From Alphaproteobacteria bacterium (lineage in GTDB: Bacteria > Pseudomonadota > Alphaproteobacteria > Reyranellales > Reyranellaceae), in assembly GCA_010032545.1 (NCBI GenBank), contig RGPT01000001.1, positions 16,264-80,263 on the forward strand: DNA of 64,000 bases, in the 5' to 3' direction. Below, piece by piece: positions 16,847 to 28,591 of this stretch. The notes under the pieces were generated by a model. It did no database searches and had not been told where the DNA came from. It saw only the letters and a list, made by a program, of their open reading frames with translations. How positions within the stretch are numbered: the first letter of the stretch is position 1; each line of letters opens with the position of its first letter. Made by a program: the position numbers and the translations under genes.

Positions 16847-18454
16847 TCAGGCCAAAGCGTCCTCGCGGATCATCGCCGAGCCCTTCTCGCCGATCATGAT
16901 GGTAGGCGCGTTGGTGTTGCCGGTGGTGAGCGTCGGCATGACCGAGGCGTCGATGACGCGTAAACCCTCGACGCCGCGCACGCGCAGGCGCGAATCGACC
17001 ACGGCGCGCGGGTCCTCGCCCATGCGGCAGGTGCCGACGGGATGATAAAGCGTGTTGCCGGCGCGGCGGGCATAGGCCAGCAGGTCGGCATCGCTGGTGA
17101 CGTCGGGGCCGGGCTGGATCTCCCCTGAGCTGTGCTGGGCCAGCGCCGCGGCGGCAAAGATGCGGCGCACGTGGCGGACGCCGCCCAGCAGTGCCAGCTC
17201 GTCTGTATGGGTGCTGAGATAGTTGGGCTTGATCGCCGGCCGCGCGAAGGGATCGGCGGACGCCGCCATGATGGTGCCGCGGCTGTCGGGCTTCACGACG
17301 CAGACGACGCAGCTCATGCCGGGCTGCTCGTCGAGCTGGCCGAACTTCAGCGGATGGGTGCTGCCGGGCGTGAACAGGAGCTGCAGATCGGGCGATTCAA
17401 GGCCCTCGCGGCTGTCGCAGAAGACCTGCGAGGTGGTGACGCCGAAGGTGAGCGCGCCCTTGCCGGTGAAGAAGAAGCGCAGGATCTCGGGCAGCACGCG
17501 CGGGAAGCGGGAGATCTCGTTCACCGTCTCGGCATCGTGCACGCGATGGACAACGCGGACGACATAGTGGTCGATCAGGTTGGCGCCGACTCCGGGCAGG
17601 TCGTGCGTCACGGGGATGCCGAGCGACTGCAGGTGCGCGGCAGGGCCGATGCCGGAGATCTGCAGGATGTGCGGTGAGTTGATGGCACCGCCCGAGACGA
17701 TGACCTCGCGGTTGGCGCGTACCTCGTGGAGCTTGCCGCCGCGCTGGAAGGTAGCGCCGACGCAGCGCTTGCCCTCGAACAGGAGCTTGCCCGCCTGGGC
17801 GTTGGTTTCGACGCGCAGATTGGGTCGGCCACCAGGCTCGCGCTGGGCCTCGCGCAGGTAGGTCTGGGCGGTGGAGCCGCGAAAGCGGCCGCGCCGCGTC
17901 ATCTGGGAGTAGCCGACACCATGGCGTGTGCTGCCGTTAAGGTCGGGATTGAAGGGAAATCCCGCCTGTTGGGCCGCTTCGACGAACCGGTGGGTGAGCG
18001 GCAGGATGGTACGGTAGTCCTCGACCTTCAGCGGCCCGCCCTGGCCGCGCACCTCGGGGTCGCCGCCCTGGACATAGTCCTCGGATTTCATGAAGTAGGG
18101 CAGCACGTCGTCGTAGCTCCAGCCGCGGCAGCCCATCTGGGCCCAGCCGTCGAAGTCGGCCGGCGCGCCGCGGACATAGAGCATGCCGTTGATCGAACTC
18201 GAACCGCCCATGACACGGCCGCGCGGCCACTCGATGCGCCGCTCGCCGGTGCCCTTCTCGGGCTCGGTGGTGAAATTCCAGTTGACCAGTGGGTTGCGGA
18301 TCAGCGACCGGATTCCGGCGGGAATGTGGATCATGGGATGCCAGTCGGTAGGGCCGGCCTCGAGCAGTACCACCGATGCGCCGGTCTCGCTGAGACGTGC
18401 GGCCGCGGTGCAGCCGGCGGAGCCCGCGCCTAAGACGACATAGTCGGCCTGCAT
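16847..18454 (-). CDS. GMC family oxidoreductase (choline dehydrogenase-like)
   Basis: [42 protein letters not shown]. Confidence 0.95.
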   Translation of the reverse strand: MQADYVVLGAGSAGCTAAARLSETGASVVLLEAGPTDWHPMIHIPAGIRSLIRNPLVNWNFTTEPEKGTGERRIEWPRGRVMGGSSSINGMLYVRGAPADFDGWAQMGCRGWSYDDVLPYFMKSEDYVQGGDPEVRGQGGPLKVEDYRTILPLTHRFVEAAQQAGFPFNPDLNGSTRHGVGYSQMTRRGRFRGSTAQTYLREAQREPGGRPNLRVETNAQAGKLLFEGKRCVGATFQRGGKLHEVRANREVIVSGGAINSPHILQISGIGPAAHLQSLGIPVTHDLPGVGANLIDHYVVRVVHRVHDAETVNEISRFPRVLPEILRFFFTGKGALTFGVTTSQVFCDSREGLESPDLQLLFTPGSTHPLKFGQLDEQPGMSCVVCVVKPDSRGTIMAASADPFARPAIKPNYLSTHTDELALLGGVRHVRRIFAAAALAQHSSGEIQPGPDVTSDADLLAYARRAGNTLYHPVGTCRMGEDPRAVVDSRLRVRGVEGLRVIDASVMPTLTTGNTNAPTIMIGEKGSAMIREDALA

Positions 18455-18464
18455 CGTGTTCTCC

Positions 18465-19931
18465 CTAGACGGTGCCGACGCGCTTGTCGCGAGGCACGAA
18501 GTAGTCGGTGGGCGCCAGTTCGGGGTCTTCAACGGCGTGCATGTTCTGCACGTGTCGTTCGATATCGGCGGTGAAGAGCGCGTGCGAGAGTGCCTGCACC
18601 AGACGCGTTGCGCCGACGAAGAGTCCGGGGATGTCGCCGGCCAGAGCGCCCTGACTCAGGATGCTGCCCCAGTTGAACAGATGGATGTTGCCGAGGCCGG
18701 GCGTCCGGCCCGGAATCCTCTCCGCGAGCTCGAATCCGCGGCCGAGATAGGGATAGCGTGCCGCCTCGGCGTTCGCCTTCACCTCGCCGCTGCTCCGCAC
18801 GTCCGCCCACAGCTTGATGTTCGTGGCGAAGGCCGCGATCTCCCGGACGCGAGACATGTCGACGTCGAAGCCGGTGCCGATCAGCACGGTGTCGAAGCGC
18901 TCCGTGCCTTTCGCCGTCTTCACCGTGACGCCGTCCCTGTCGACGATCATGTCGAGCCACGGCTCGGCAAAGCGGAAGGAGAAGCCTTTCAGCTTCTGGC
19001 CGCGCAGAACCGACTCGTGCGGGGGCGGAGACGCGGCGGCCAGCATGTAGGTGTAGATCTTCCAGCGCCAGTCATCGTCCAGCATGCCCTGGCCACGCTG
19101 GAAGCCGGGAAACGACACGCCCTTGGACTTGTTGACCTGCGGCAGGTGCGGCCTTCGCGCGAAGCACACCGCCTCGGCGGCACCCGCTTCCAGCGCCGTG
19201 CAGGCGTTGTCGATCGCGGTCGCCAATACGCCGAGGATGCCGATCCGCCTGCCCACAAGCGTGGTGAAGTCGATGTCCTCCAGTGTGTGGAACACGCGAC
19301 CGCGGCGAATCGGGTTCCCGGGATCGAACGACGGAAGGGAGGGCCAGCGGAAGCCACCCGACCCGTCGCGGCCGTTGGCCAGCACGATCTTGCGGGCATG
19401 CACGGTCTCGCCAGTCGACAGGTCGGCGCGCAACAGATCGCCGGCCGGCTCGACCCTGAGCAGGCCGACGCCGTTCTCGACCTTCAGTCCCACGACCTCC
19501 CGCACCCACAGGAGGTACTTCAACCAGTCAAGGCGCGCGATCTTGTAGAGCTTCTCCCAGCCGCCGAGCCCGTGCTGGGCCTCGTACCAGGCGCGGAAGG
19601 TAAGGGAGGGCACGCCGAGGTCGGGGCCGGTCAGGTGCTTGGGCGAACGCAGGATCGGCATGCGCGCCGTGGTGTTCCACGGCCCTTCGCGGCCGTGCGT
19701 CTCGCGTTCGATCACGCGGATATTGCCGATGCCCTCGCGCAGCAGGCCATAGCCCACCGTTTGGCCGCACATGCCGGCGCCGACCACCAGTACGTCGAGG
19801 ACACGCTTGGCGTCGGGCCCCGTGCGCTCGGGCACCCAATTGGCGGCTGGATAGTTCAGCCGGGCGAGGTCGTGGCGCGCGATCTTCCGCAGCGCGGCCA
19901 AGCCCTCATCATCCTCGACAACACCGACCAT
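18465..19931 (-). CDS. FAD/NAD(P)-binding oxidoreductase (flavin monooxygenase-like)
   Basis: GAGMCG FAD motif, EGPW...ARM..LRSPK, GTGF; start chosen at 19931 to avoid overlap with the divergent gene. Confidence 0.8.
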   Translation of the reverse strand: MVGVVEDDEGLAALRKIARHDLARLNYPAANWVPERTGPDAKRVLDVLVVGAGMCGQTVGYGLLREGIGNIRVIERETHGREGPWNTTARMPILRSPKHLTGPDLGVPSLTFRAWYEAQHGLGGWEKLYKIARLDWLKYLLWVREVVGLKVENGVGLLRVEPAGDLLRADLSTGETVHARKIVLANGRDGSGGFRWPSLPSFDPGNPIRRGRVFHTLEDIDFTTLVGRRIGILGVLATAIDNACTALEAGAAEAVCFARRPHLPQVNKSKGVSFPGFQRGQGMLDDDWRWKIYTYMLAAASPPPHESVLRGQKLKGFSFRFAEPWLDMIVDRDGVTVKTAKGTERFDTVLIGTGFDVDMSRVREIAAFATNIKLWADVRSSGEVKANAEAARYPYLGRGFELAERIPGRTPGLGNIHLFNWGSILSQGALAGDIPGLFVGATRLVQALSHALFTADIERHVQNMHAVEDPELAPTDYFVPRDKRVGTV

Positions 19932-19989
19932 GCCGTGCTTCTCACTTTCTACCTGCTCAATAGCAGGGGGATGCCAGGGAGAAAATGCC

Positions 19990-21654
19990 ATGCGCGGTCG
20001 TCAGGTCTTCTTCGAAACGCTGCTCAATCACGGCGTCGACCGCATCTTCGGCAATCCCGGCACCACCGAGAGCCCGCTGCTCGACTCGCTGCTCGACTAT
20101 CCCCAGATAGAATACATCGTGCATCTGCACGAGGGCGTGGCCGCCGGTGCGGCGAACTTCTATGCCCAGGCGAGCGGCAAGACGGCCTTCGTGAACCTCC
20201 ATGTAGCGCCCGGCCTCGGCAACGCCGTTGGCATGATCTATGGCGCGCTCAAGAACAACTCACCGATGGTGGTGACGGCCGGCCAGCAGGACACGCGGAT
20301 GCGCCTGCGCGATCCCGTGCTTGGCCACGATCTCGCGGCGATCGCCGCCCCCGTCGTCAAGTGGAGCGTCCAGGTCGAAACGGCCGATGAACTCGGCCCG
20401 ATCCTCCAGCGCGCCTTCAAGATCGCCAACGAGGCGCCGGCCGGCCCGGTGTTCGTGGCGCTGCCCATCAATGTCATGGAGCAGGAGACGACTATTCCGG
20501 CCGGCAAGCCCGGCCATTCCTTTGCGGCGACGCGCCCCGACCCGGCGGGGATCGCCGCCATGACACGGCTGCTGCTGGCGTCGGCCAGCCCGGCCATCGT
20601 CGCTGGCGACGATGTCGCGCGGGCCGGTGCCCAGGACACGCTGGTCAAGATCGCGGAGAAGCTGGGCGCCTCGGTGTGGTTCGAGGGCCTGCGTGGCCGG
20701 AACTCCTTCCCGACCGACCATGCCTCGGCGCGCGGCACGCTCGCCTTCGACGCCCCCGGCGTGGCCAAGCAGTTCGCCGCGAACGATCTCGTGCTGATGG
20801 TGGGCGGTCCGTTCTTCGAGGAGGTCTGGTACGCGCCGGGCTCGCCCTTCCCGGCGGGCTGCAAGGTGCTGCAGATCGAGGCCGCCCCGTCGCGCCTCGC
20901 CTACAACTTTGCTCTCGATGCCGGCGTGGTGGCCGATGTGGGCGCGGGCCTCGCCGCACTCGATATCGCCCTGGCGACGGTCGCCAGCCAGGACTTCGAC
21001 GCCGCCGCCGCCACGCGCAACGCCGCCCTTCAGGCGCTCAAGGAATCGGAGGCTGCCGCGCAAAAGGCTCGGGTCGAGAAAGCCTGGGCGCGCACGCCGA
21101 CGTCGATGGCTCGCGCCATGGCCGAGATCCGGGCCGGCACGCCCCCGGACGCGATCGTGGCCGACGAGACGATCACGGCCAATCTCGACCTGTTCAAGAC
21201 CTTCACCTTCTCGGGGCCGGACGACTATTTCAGCGGCCGCGGCGGCGGCATCGGCCAGGGTCTGGCGGGGGCCATCGGCGTGGCGGTCGCGCGGCCCGAC
21301 CGGCCGGTGCTCTGCCTCTCGGGCGACGGCTCGTCGATGTATTCCATCCAGGCGCTATGGACCGCAGCACACCACGAATTGCCGATCGTGTTCGTGATCC
21401 TGGCCAACCGCGAATACCGCGTGCTGAAGCACAATATCGACGCCTATCGCGCGCGCTTCGAGGTGAAGTCGAACAAGCCTTACATGCACATGGACCTTGG
21501 CGGCCCAACGATGGGCTTCGTCGACATGGCCCGCGGCATGGGCCTGGCCGGCACCTACGTCGCCAAGGCCGACGACATCAAGGCCGCGGTGGCGGCCGCC
21601 TTCAAGACCGGCAAGCCGCACCTTATCGAGATCGAGATCGAGGGGAAGCGGTAG
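19990..21654 (+). CDS. TPP-dependent enzyme, benzoylformate decarboxylase-like
   Basis: FGNPGTTESPLL, LHEGVA, NLHVAPGLGNA, GDGSSMYSIQALW...N. Confidence 0.9.
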   Translation: MRGRQVFFETLLNHGVDRIFGNPGTTESPLLDSLLDYPQIEYIVHLHEGVAAGAANFYAQASGKTAFVNLHVAPGLGNAVGMIYGALKNNSPMVVTAGQQDTRMRLRDPVLGHDLAAIAAPVVKWSVQVETADELGPILQRAFKIANEAPAGPVFVALPINVMEQETTIPAGKPGHSFAATRPDPAGIAAMTRLLLASASPAIVAGDDVARAGAQDTLVKIAEKLGASVWFEGLRGRNSFPTDHASARGTLAFDAPGVAKQFAANDLVLMVGGPFFEEVWYAPGSPFPAGCKVLQIEAAPSRLAYNFALDAGVVADVGAGLAALDIALATVASQDFDAAAATRNAALQALKESEAAAQKARVEKAWARTPTSMARAMAEIRAGTPPDAIVADETITANLDLFKTFTFSGPDDYFSGRGGGIGQGLAGAIGVAVARPDRPVLCLSGDGSSMYSIQALWTAAHHELPIVFVILANREYRVLKHNIDAYRARFEVKSNKPYMHMDLGGPTMGFVDMARGMGLAGTYVAKADDIKAAVAAAFKTGKPHLIEIEIEGKR

Positions 21655-21662
21655 GCTCGACC

Positions 21663-21697
21663 TCTCCTCCTCCCCCGTATGTCGGGGGAGGAGGAGA
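21663..21697. terminator. Strong GC hairpin between convergent genes (probable bidirectional terminator)
   Basis: tctcctcctccccc / gggggaggaggaga perfect 14-bp stem, between stops at 21654 and 21703. Confidence 0.75.
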
Positions 21698-21702
21698 AGT
21701 TT

Positions 21703-22488
21703 CTATTTCTGGAACGCGCGCACCTTCGCCTGATGCGCCCGGGCGGCCGCGGTGAGCATCGGCAGGTCGTTGCCGGCCAGGATCAGCTTCATGCCCTTGC
21801 CGGTGTAGAGCTTCAGCAGCTCCTCGGTATAGGCGCCGCCCATGCCCGGCCACTTGCCGTGCTTCTTGCAAGCAGCGATCACCTTGTCGACGGCGGCCTG
21901 GACCTTGGGATGTCCCGTCTCGCCCGGGATGCCGAGTTCCATCGAGAGGTCGCTGGCGCCGACCAGCAGGCAGTCGATGCCCGGTACCGCCGCGATCGCG
22001 GCGGCATTCTTCACCGCCTTGGGTGTCTCGATCATCACCGTGATCAATGTGTTGTCGTCGCTCTGCTTCGTCATCTCGCCCAGCGGCATCGGGGCGTAGT
22101 CGAACTGCGCCTGGCCGCCGCCCACCGAGCGATGGCCACGCGGCGGGTAGCGCAGCCGGTCGGCGATTTCCTTGGCCTCCTCGGCCGTGTCGACATGGGG
22201 GATGACGATGCCGAGCGCACCGCCGTCGAGGACGCGGGTTGCCATGGCGAGTTCGCCGTAGGGCACCCGCACGATGGGCGCGATGCCCGAATCCTGCGCC
22301 GCCACTGAAATTGCACAGGTCGTCTCGATCGACATCGACCCATGTTCGAGGTCGAGAAACAGCCAGTCGAAGCCTGCGGCCTTCATCACCTTGATGATGT
22401 CGACGTTGCGCACCAGGCGAACGCCGATCCCGACCGCCAGCTGGTTTTTCTTCAGCCGCGCCTTGGCGGCGTTGATTGCGATGGCCAT
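21703..22488 (-). CDS. HpcH/HpaI aldolase family protein
   Basis: FDWLFLDLEHG, PIVRVP, VLDGGALGI, MIETP, GASDLS. Confidence 0.93.
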   Translation of the reverse strand: MAIAINAAKARLKKNQLAVGIGVRLVRNVDIIKVMKAAGFDWLFLDLEHGSMSIETTCAISVAAQDSGIAPIVRVPYGELAMATRVLDGGALGIVIPHVDTAEEAKEIADRLRYPPRGHRSVGGGQAQFDYAPMPLGEMTKQSDDNTLITVMIETPKAVKNAAAIAAVPGIDCLLVGASDLSMELGIPGETGHPKVQAAVDKVIAACKKHGKWPGMGGAYTEELLKLYTGKGMKLILAGNDLPMLTAAARAHQAKVRAFQK

Positions 22489-22536
22489 GATTCCTCCCGT
22501 GGCTTTCGCCTTTCTGGACGAGGTAAGCTAGTCGCC

Positions 22537-22926
22537 ATGACTTTCCGTGTCGAACGAATCGACCATGTCGTGCTCCGCGTGCGCGATCTCGCGGCGATGG
22601 TCCGCTTCTACGAGCAGGCGCTGGGCTTCCACGAGGAGCGTCGGCTGCAGAAGCTCGGTCTGGTGCAGATGCGTGCCGGCGCCTCGTTGCTCGACCTGAT
22701 CGCGGGCGAGCGCGCCGACGGTGCACCCAACATGGATCATCTCTGCTTTCGGATAGAGCCGTTTGATCGTGACGCCATCGTCACGCAACTCGCGCGGCTC
22801 GGCATATCGGTCGGCGAAACTGTCGAGCGTTACGGCGCGGAAGGGAACGGACCTTCGGTTTATTTCCACGATCCGGAAGGCAACCAGATCGAACTCAAAG
22901 GTCCTTCGAGCGAATCCACGCAATAA
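22537..22926 (+). CDS. VOC/glyoxalase family protein
   Basis: IDHVVLRVRD...MDHLCF...RYGAEGNGPSVYFHDPEGNQIELK. Confidence 0.9.
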   Translation: MTFRVERIDHVVLRVRDLAAMVRFYEQALGFHEERRLQKLGLVQMRAGASLLDLIAGERADGAPNMDHLCFRIEPFDRDAIVTQLARLGISVGETVERYGAEGNGPSVYFHDPEGNQIELKGPSSESTQ

Positions 22927-23016
22927 CCCTTGGCCGGTTCACTCGATGTGCTAGCTTCCGGTCACGGGGAAGGAACAACACGCCGTCAACGGCGTGGCCT
23001 TGGGAGGATTTTCTGA

Positions 23017-24618
23017 ATGCGCACAGGACTGGCATTTCTTGCCGGAACCGCGGTTGCCTTGATGGTAGCGGTATCGCCGGCTCTCGCCCAGAAGCAGGGC
23101 GGAACGCTCCGCATTTCCCATCGCGACAATCCGCCGAGCGCCTCGATCCACGAAGAGGCGACCATCTCGGTGAACCAGCCCTTCATGGCCGTGTTCAACA
23201 ATCTCGTGTTCTTCGATCCCAAGGAGAAGGTCAACAGCCCCGACAAGATCGTGCCCGATCTGGCGGAAAGCTGGTCGTGGAATCCGGACTTGACCAGGCT
23301 CACCTTCAAGCTGCGCCAGGGCGTCAAGTGGCACGACGGCAAGCCGTTCTCGGCCAAGGACGTGAAATGCACCTGGGACGCGCTGATCGGGAAGGGCGAC
23401 GAGAAGTCCGACCTGATCCGCAAGAATCCGCGCAAGGTCTGGTACGACAACCTCAAGGAAGTGACCGCCGACAGCGACACCGAGGTCACCTTCACGCTTG
23501 GCCGGCCGCAGCCGTCCTTCCTGTCCATGCTCGCCGCCGGTTACTCGCCGGTCTATGCCTGCCACGTATCCGGCCGCGACATGCGCTCCAAGCCGATCGG
23601 CACGGGCCCCTTCAAGGTCGTCGACTTCAAGCGCAACGAGTCGATCAGGCTGGTGCGCAACCCCGACTACTGGAAGAAGGGGCGTCCCTACCTCGACGCC
23701 ATCGACTGGAAGATCGTGCCCAACCGCAGCACCCGCATGCTGGGCTTCGCCGCCGGCGAATTCGACATGACGTTCGATTCCGACGTCACCTTCCCCCTGC
23801 TGAAGGATATCAAGGCGCAGAAGGCCGACGCGGTGTGCGAGGCGCGGCCGACCAATGTCAGCTCGAACATCCTGATCAACCGCGATTCGCCGCCGTTCGA
23901 TAAGCCGGAGATCCGCAAGGCGATGGTGATGGCGCTGGACAACAAGGTGTTCTCCGACATCCTGGCCCAGGGCAACGATCTCGATGGCGCCGCCATGCTG
24001 CCGCCGCCTGCGGGCTTCTGGGGCATGCCCAAGGAGATGCTGGCGACCATTCCCGGCCACGCCACCGACGTCGAGAAGAGCCGCGCCGAGGCGCGCAAAA
24101 TCATGGAGGGCCTAGGCTACAGCAAGGACAAGCCGCTCAAGGTCAAGGTGGCGACGCGCAACATCGCCATCTATCGCGACCCGGCGGTACTCCTGATCGA
24201 CCAGCTCAAGAACATCCACATTGAGGGCGAACTGGAGCCGATCGACACCACGGTCTGGTACACCAAGATCCAGCGTAAGGACTACATGATCGGCATGAAC
24301 CTGACCGGCGTTGGCGTCGACGACCCCGATGTGAATTTCTACGAGAACTATTTCTCGAAATCCGACCGCAACTACACAGCTTACAACAACCAGGAAGTCG
24401 ACAAGCTGATCGACCAGCAGTCGGCCGAGCAGGATCGCGAGAAGCGCAGGAAGCTGGTGTGGGAGGTCGAGAAGAACCTCGCCGAGGACGGTGCGCGACC
24501 GATCATCGGCCATAACGTCGCCAACACCTGCTGGGATTCGAAGGTGAAGGGCGTCGTGCTTCAGCACAACAGCATCTACAACGGCTGGCGCTTCGAAGAC
24601 GTCTGGCTGGACAGGTAA
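23017..24618 (+). CDS. Peptide/nickel-type ABC transporter substrate-binding protein (family 5)
   Basis: Signal peptide; PDLAESW, KLRQGVKWHDGKPF, PIGTGPF, NPDYW. Confidence 0.95.
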   Translation: MRTGLAFLAGTAVALMVAVSPALAQKQGGTLRISHRDNPPSASIHEEATISVNQPFMAVFNNLVFFDPKEKVNSPDKIVPDLAESWSWNPDLTRLTFKLRQGVKWHDGKPFSAKDVKCTWDALIGKGDEKSDLIRKNPRKVWYDNLKEVTADSDTEVTFTLGRPQPSFLSMLAAGYSPVYACHVSGRDMRSKPIGTGPFKVVDFKRNESIRLVRNPDYWKKGRPYLDAIDWKIVPNRSTRMLGFAAGEFDMTFDSDVTFPLLKDIKAQKADAVCEARPTNVSSNILINRDSPPFDKPEIRKAMVMALDNKVFSDILAQGNDLDGAAMLPPPAGFWGMPKEMLATIPGHATDVEKSRAEARKIMEGLGYSKDKPLKVKVATRNIAIYRDPAVLLIDQLKNIHIEGELEPIDTTVWYTKIQRKDYMIGMNLTGVGVDDPDVNFYENYFSKSDRNYTAYNNQEVDKLIDQQSAEQDREKRRKLVWEVEKNLAEDGARPIIGHNVANTCWDSKVKGVVLQHNSIYNGWRFEDVWLDR

Positions 24619-24628
24619 GCGCGCGGCC

Positions 24629-25576
24629 ATGGGAGCTTACCTCACCCGGCGCTTCCTGTTGATGGCCCTGACTCTGTTCGGGATGTCGGTGCTGATCTTT
24701 GTCATGCTGCGTCTCGTTCCCGGCAACATCGCCGACATCCTCGTCGATGCTGCCGGGATCGCGGATCCCAAGGAAAAGGCCAAGATCATCGCCGAGCTCG
24801 GGCTCGACCGCCCGATCGTCGAGCAATATGGCCAGTGGATCGGCGGGCTGGCGCGCGGCGACCTCGGCTTCGCCTACGTCTCGGAAAGGCCCGCGCTTGA
24901 GGAGATCGCGCCGCGCATCCCGATCAGCGCCAAGCTGGCGGGCATGGCGCTGGTCCTGTCGGTGCTGATCGGCGTGCCCTTCGGCGTCATCAGCGCAGTG
25001 CGTCAGAATACGGCGCTCGACTATGTCCTTCGCGTCATTAGCCTGAGCGGCCTGTCCTTGCCCGCGTTCTGGCTCGGCCTGCTGGTCCTGATGGCGTCCG
25101 TGCACTGGTTCGGTACCATTCCCATCTACAGCAACGAGCCGCGAAGTTTCCTGCAGGAGGTCGGGCTGCTGGCGATCCCGGCAGCTGTCGTGGGCTTCCG
25201 AAGTTCGGCGCTGGTAATGCGGCTCACGCGATCGTCCATGCTCGAAGTGCTGCGCCAGGACTATATCCGCACCGCCCGCTCCAAAGGCGCGTCGCAGGCG
25301 TCGATCAACTACAACCACGCGCTGCGCAACGCCCTCCTGCCGGTAGTCACCATCATCGGCATCGAGGCGGCGTTCCTGGTGGGCGGCCTGATCGTCACCG
25401 AGACGGTCTTCAACATCCCCGGTGTCGCCCGCTTCCTGGTCGAGGCGATCCTGTGGCGTGACTATCCGATCGTGCAGAATCTGGTCATGCTCATCGCCTT
25501 CGTCGTGATCATGGTGAACTTCCTGGTCGACATGGCCTACATGGCGCTCGATCCTCGCATCAAATACGCGGACTGA
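24629..25576 (+). CDS. ABC transporter permease (DppB-like)
   Basis: QDYIRTARSKG...HALRNALLP EAA-loop; RDYPIVQ. Confidence 0.95.
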   Translation: MGAYLTRRFLLMALTLFGMSVLIFVMLRLVPGNIADILVDAAGIADPKEKAKIIAELGLDRPIVEQYGQWIGGLARGDLGFAYVSERPALEEIAPRIPISAKLAGMALVLSVLIGVPFGVISAVRQNTALDYVLRVISLSGLSLPAFWLGLLVLMASVHWFGTIPIYSNEPRSFLQEVGLLAIPAAVVGFRSSALVMRLTRSSMLEVLRQDYIRTARSKGASQASINYNHALRNALLPVVTIIGIEAAFLVGGLIVTETVFNIPGVARFLVEAILWRDYPIVQNLVMLIAFVVIMVNFLVDMAYMALDPRIKYAD

Positions 25577-25579
25577 GCC

Positions 25580-26473
25580 ATGGCCAACATCGACCACAAT
25601 GCCGAACTCACCCGCGCCGGTGCCTACGTCACCGGTAGCTGGAGCCAGATCGTCTTCTTCGCCCGCCGCTATCCGCTGGGGGCGGTCGGCGCCCTGATCG
25701 TGCTGGCCTTCATCCTGACGGCGGTCTTTGCCAGCGTCATGGCGCCCATCGACCCGACGACGACCAACGCCCGCGCCTCGCTCGCCAAGCCGGGCGGCTT
25801 CCATCTTCTGGGCGCCGACTTCATGGGCCGCGACATGTACAGCCGCATCGTTCATGGCGCGCGCATTTCGCTGGCTGTCGGCGTCGGCGCCATGAGCCTG
25901 GGCTGCATCCTGGGCATCTCGATCGGGCTGATGAGCGGCTATATTGGCGGCTGGTTCGATCTCGCCACGCAGCGCCTCATGGACATCATGCAGTCGCTGC
26001 CGCTTCTGGTCATGGCGATCGTCATGGCGGCCTCGCTTGGACCGTCGCTGCGAAACACCATCATCGCGATTGCCATTCCCCTGGTGCCGAGCGTCGCCCG
26101 TGTCGTGCGCTCGAGTACCCTGTCGTTGCGCGAACAACCCTTCGTCGAGGCGGCCCGCGCCGTCGGCATGGGCGAATTCCGTATTGCCGTCCGCCATGTC
26201 CTGCCCAATACCCTGGCACCGCTGATCGTGCTGGCGACGGCGCAGCTCGGTTCGGCGATCCTGACCGAGGCGTCGCTTTCATTCCTGGGGCTGGGCATCC
26301 CCGAACCGCATCCCTCGTGGGGCCGCATGCTGTCGGAGTCGGCCGCCGAATACGTCCGCTCGGCGCCTTGGCTGGTGATTTTCCCCGGCCTCGCCATCAG
26401 CCTCACCGTGTTCGGCACCAATCTGCTGGGCGATGCGCTGCGCGACATTCTCGATCCCAGGGAACGGACATGA
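25580..26473 (+). CDS. ABC transporter permease (DppC-like)
   Basis: [37 protein letters not shown]. Confidence 0.95.
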   Translation: MANIDHNAELTRAGAYVTGSWSQIVFFARRYPLGAVGALIVLAFILTAVFASVMAPIDPTTTNARASLAKPGGFHLLGADFMGRDMYSRIVHGARISLAVGVGAMSLGCILGISIGLMSGYIGGWFDLATQRLMDIMQSLPLLVMAIVMAASLGPSLRNTIIAIAIPLVPSVARVVRSSTLSLREQPFVEAARAVGMGEFRIAVRHVLPNTLAPLIVLATAQLGSAILTEASLSFLGLGIPEPHPSWGRMLSESAAEYVRSAPWLVIFPGLAISLTVFGTNLLGDALRDILDPRERT

Positions 26474-26483
26474 GGCGGCGCAC

Positions 26484-27465
26484 GTGAGCGATCTTCTCGA
26501 GGTCGAAGGCCTCAGCACCTGGTTCTTTACGCGCCAGGGCATCGTCAAGGCCGTCGACGGCGTCGATTTCAACGTCGCGTCGGGCGAGACACTGGGCATC
26601 GTGGGCGAATCCGGCTGCGGCAAGAGCATGACGGCGCTCTCCCTGATGCGCCTGATTCCCGATCCGCCGGGCCGCATCGTTGAAGGCTCGGTGAAGCTCG
26701 CCGGCCGCGATCTGCTCAAGATCAGCGAAGAGGAAATGCGCAGCGTTCGCGGTAACGAGATCTCGATGATCTTCCAGGAGCCGATGACGTCGCTCAATCC
26801 GGTGATCACCATCGGCCGGCAGATTTCCGAGGCCCTGATCCTGCATCGCGAGATGAATGGCAAGCAGGCGCTGAAGCGCGCGGTCGAGATGCTGGACCTG
26901 GTCCGCATTCCCGAGCCCGCGCAGCGCGCCAGGGAATACCCCCATCAGCTCTCGGGCGGCATGCGCCAGCGCGCGATGATCGCCATGGCACTGGCCTGCA
27001 ATCCCAAGGTGCTGATCGCCGACGAGCCGACGACGGCGCTCGACGTTACCATCCAGGCGCAGATTCTCGAGCTGATCGTCGAGCTGCAGCGGGAGTTCAG
27101 CGCCGCCGTGATCCTGATCACCCACGATCTCGGCGTGATCGCCGAGACCGCGCACCGGGTGATCGTGATGTACGCCGGCCGCAAGGTCGAGGAGGCCGCG
27201 GTCGGCGAGCTGTTTGCCCGGCCGCTGCATCCCTACACCTCGGGCCTGATGGCCTCGATCCCGCGCCTCGACCTGATGCGCGGCCAGGTCGATCGCAAGA
27301 CCGACCGCTTGCAGGAGATTCCCGGCATCGTGCCGCCGCTGTTCGACCTGCCCGAGGGTTGTGCCTTCGCACCACGCTGCAGCAAGGCCGACGATCACTG
27401 CCGCCGCGAGCGGCCGGCCTACGAACAAAAGCGGACAGGCCACTGGGCGGCCTGCTGGCACAGCA

Positions 27466-27473
<8 letters not shown>
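26484..27473 (+). CDS. ABC transporter ATP-binding protein (DppD-like)
   Basis: GESGCGKS Walker [17 protein letters not shown]; GTG start. Confidence 0.95.
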
Positions 27474-28440
<967 letters not shown>

Positions 28441-28457
28441 AGTTGGTGCATTCATTC

Positions 28458-28570
28458 TCCTCTCCCCGCGAGGGGGGCAGGACGGGTGAGGGCGTGACGC
28501 ACGTCGTCTGTACGCCTCATCTGAGGGCGAAGGTTGCTTCGCCCGGCTCTCCCCCGGGCGGCGGAGAGGA
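28458..28570. repeat. Degenerate nested palindromic intergenic element
   Basis: Outer IR tcctctcc (28458-28465) / ggagagga (28563-28570); gtgagggcgt approximately pairs with acgcctcat; perfect inner hairpin gggcgaag-gttg-cttcgccc. Confidence 0.6.
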
Positions 28571-28591
28571 ACAAGACGGAGGGAGTGGGTC

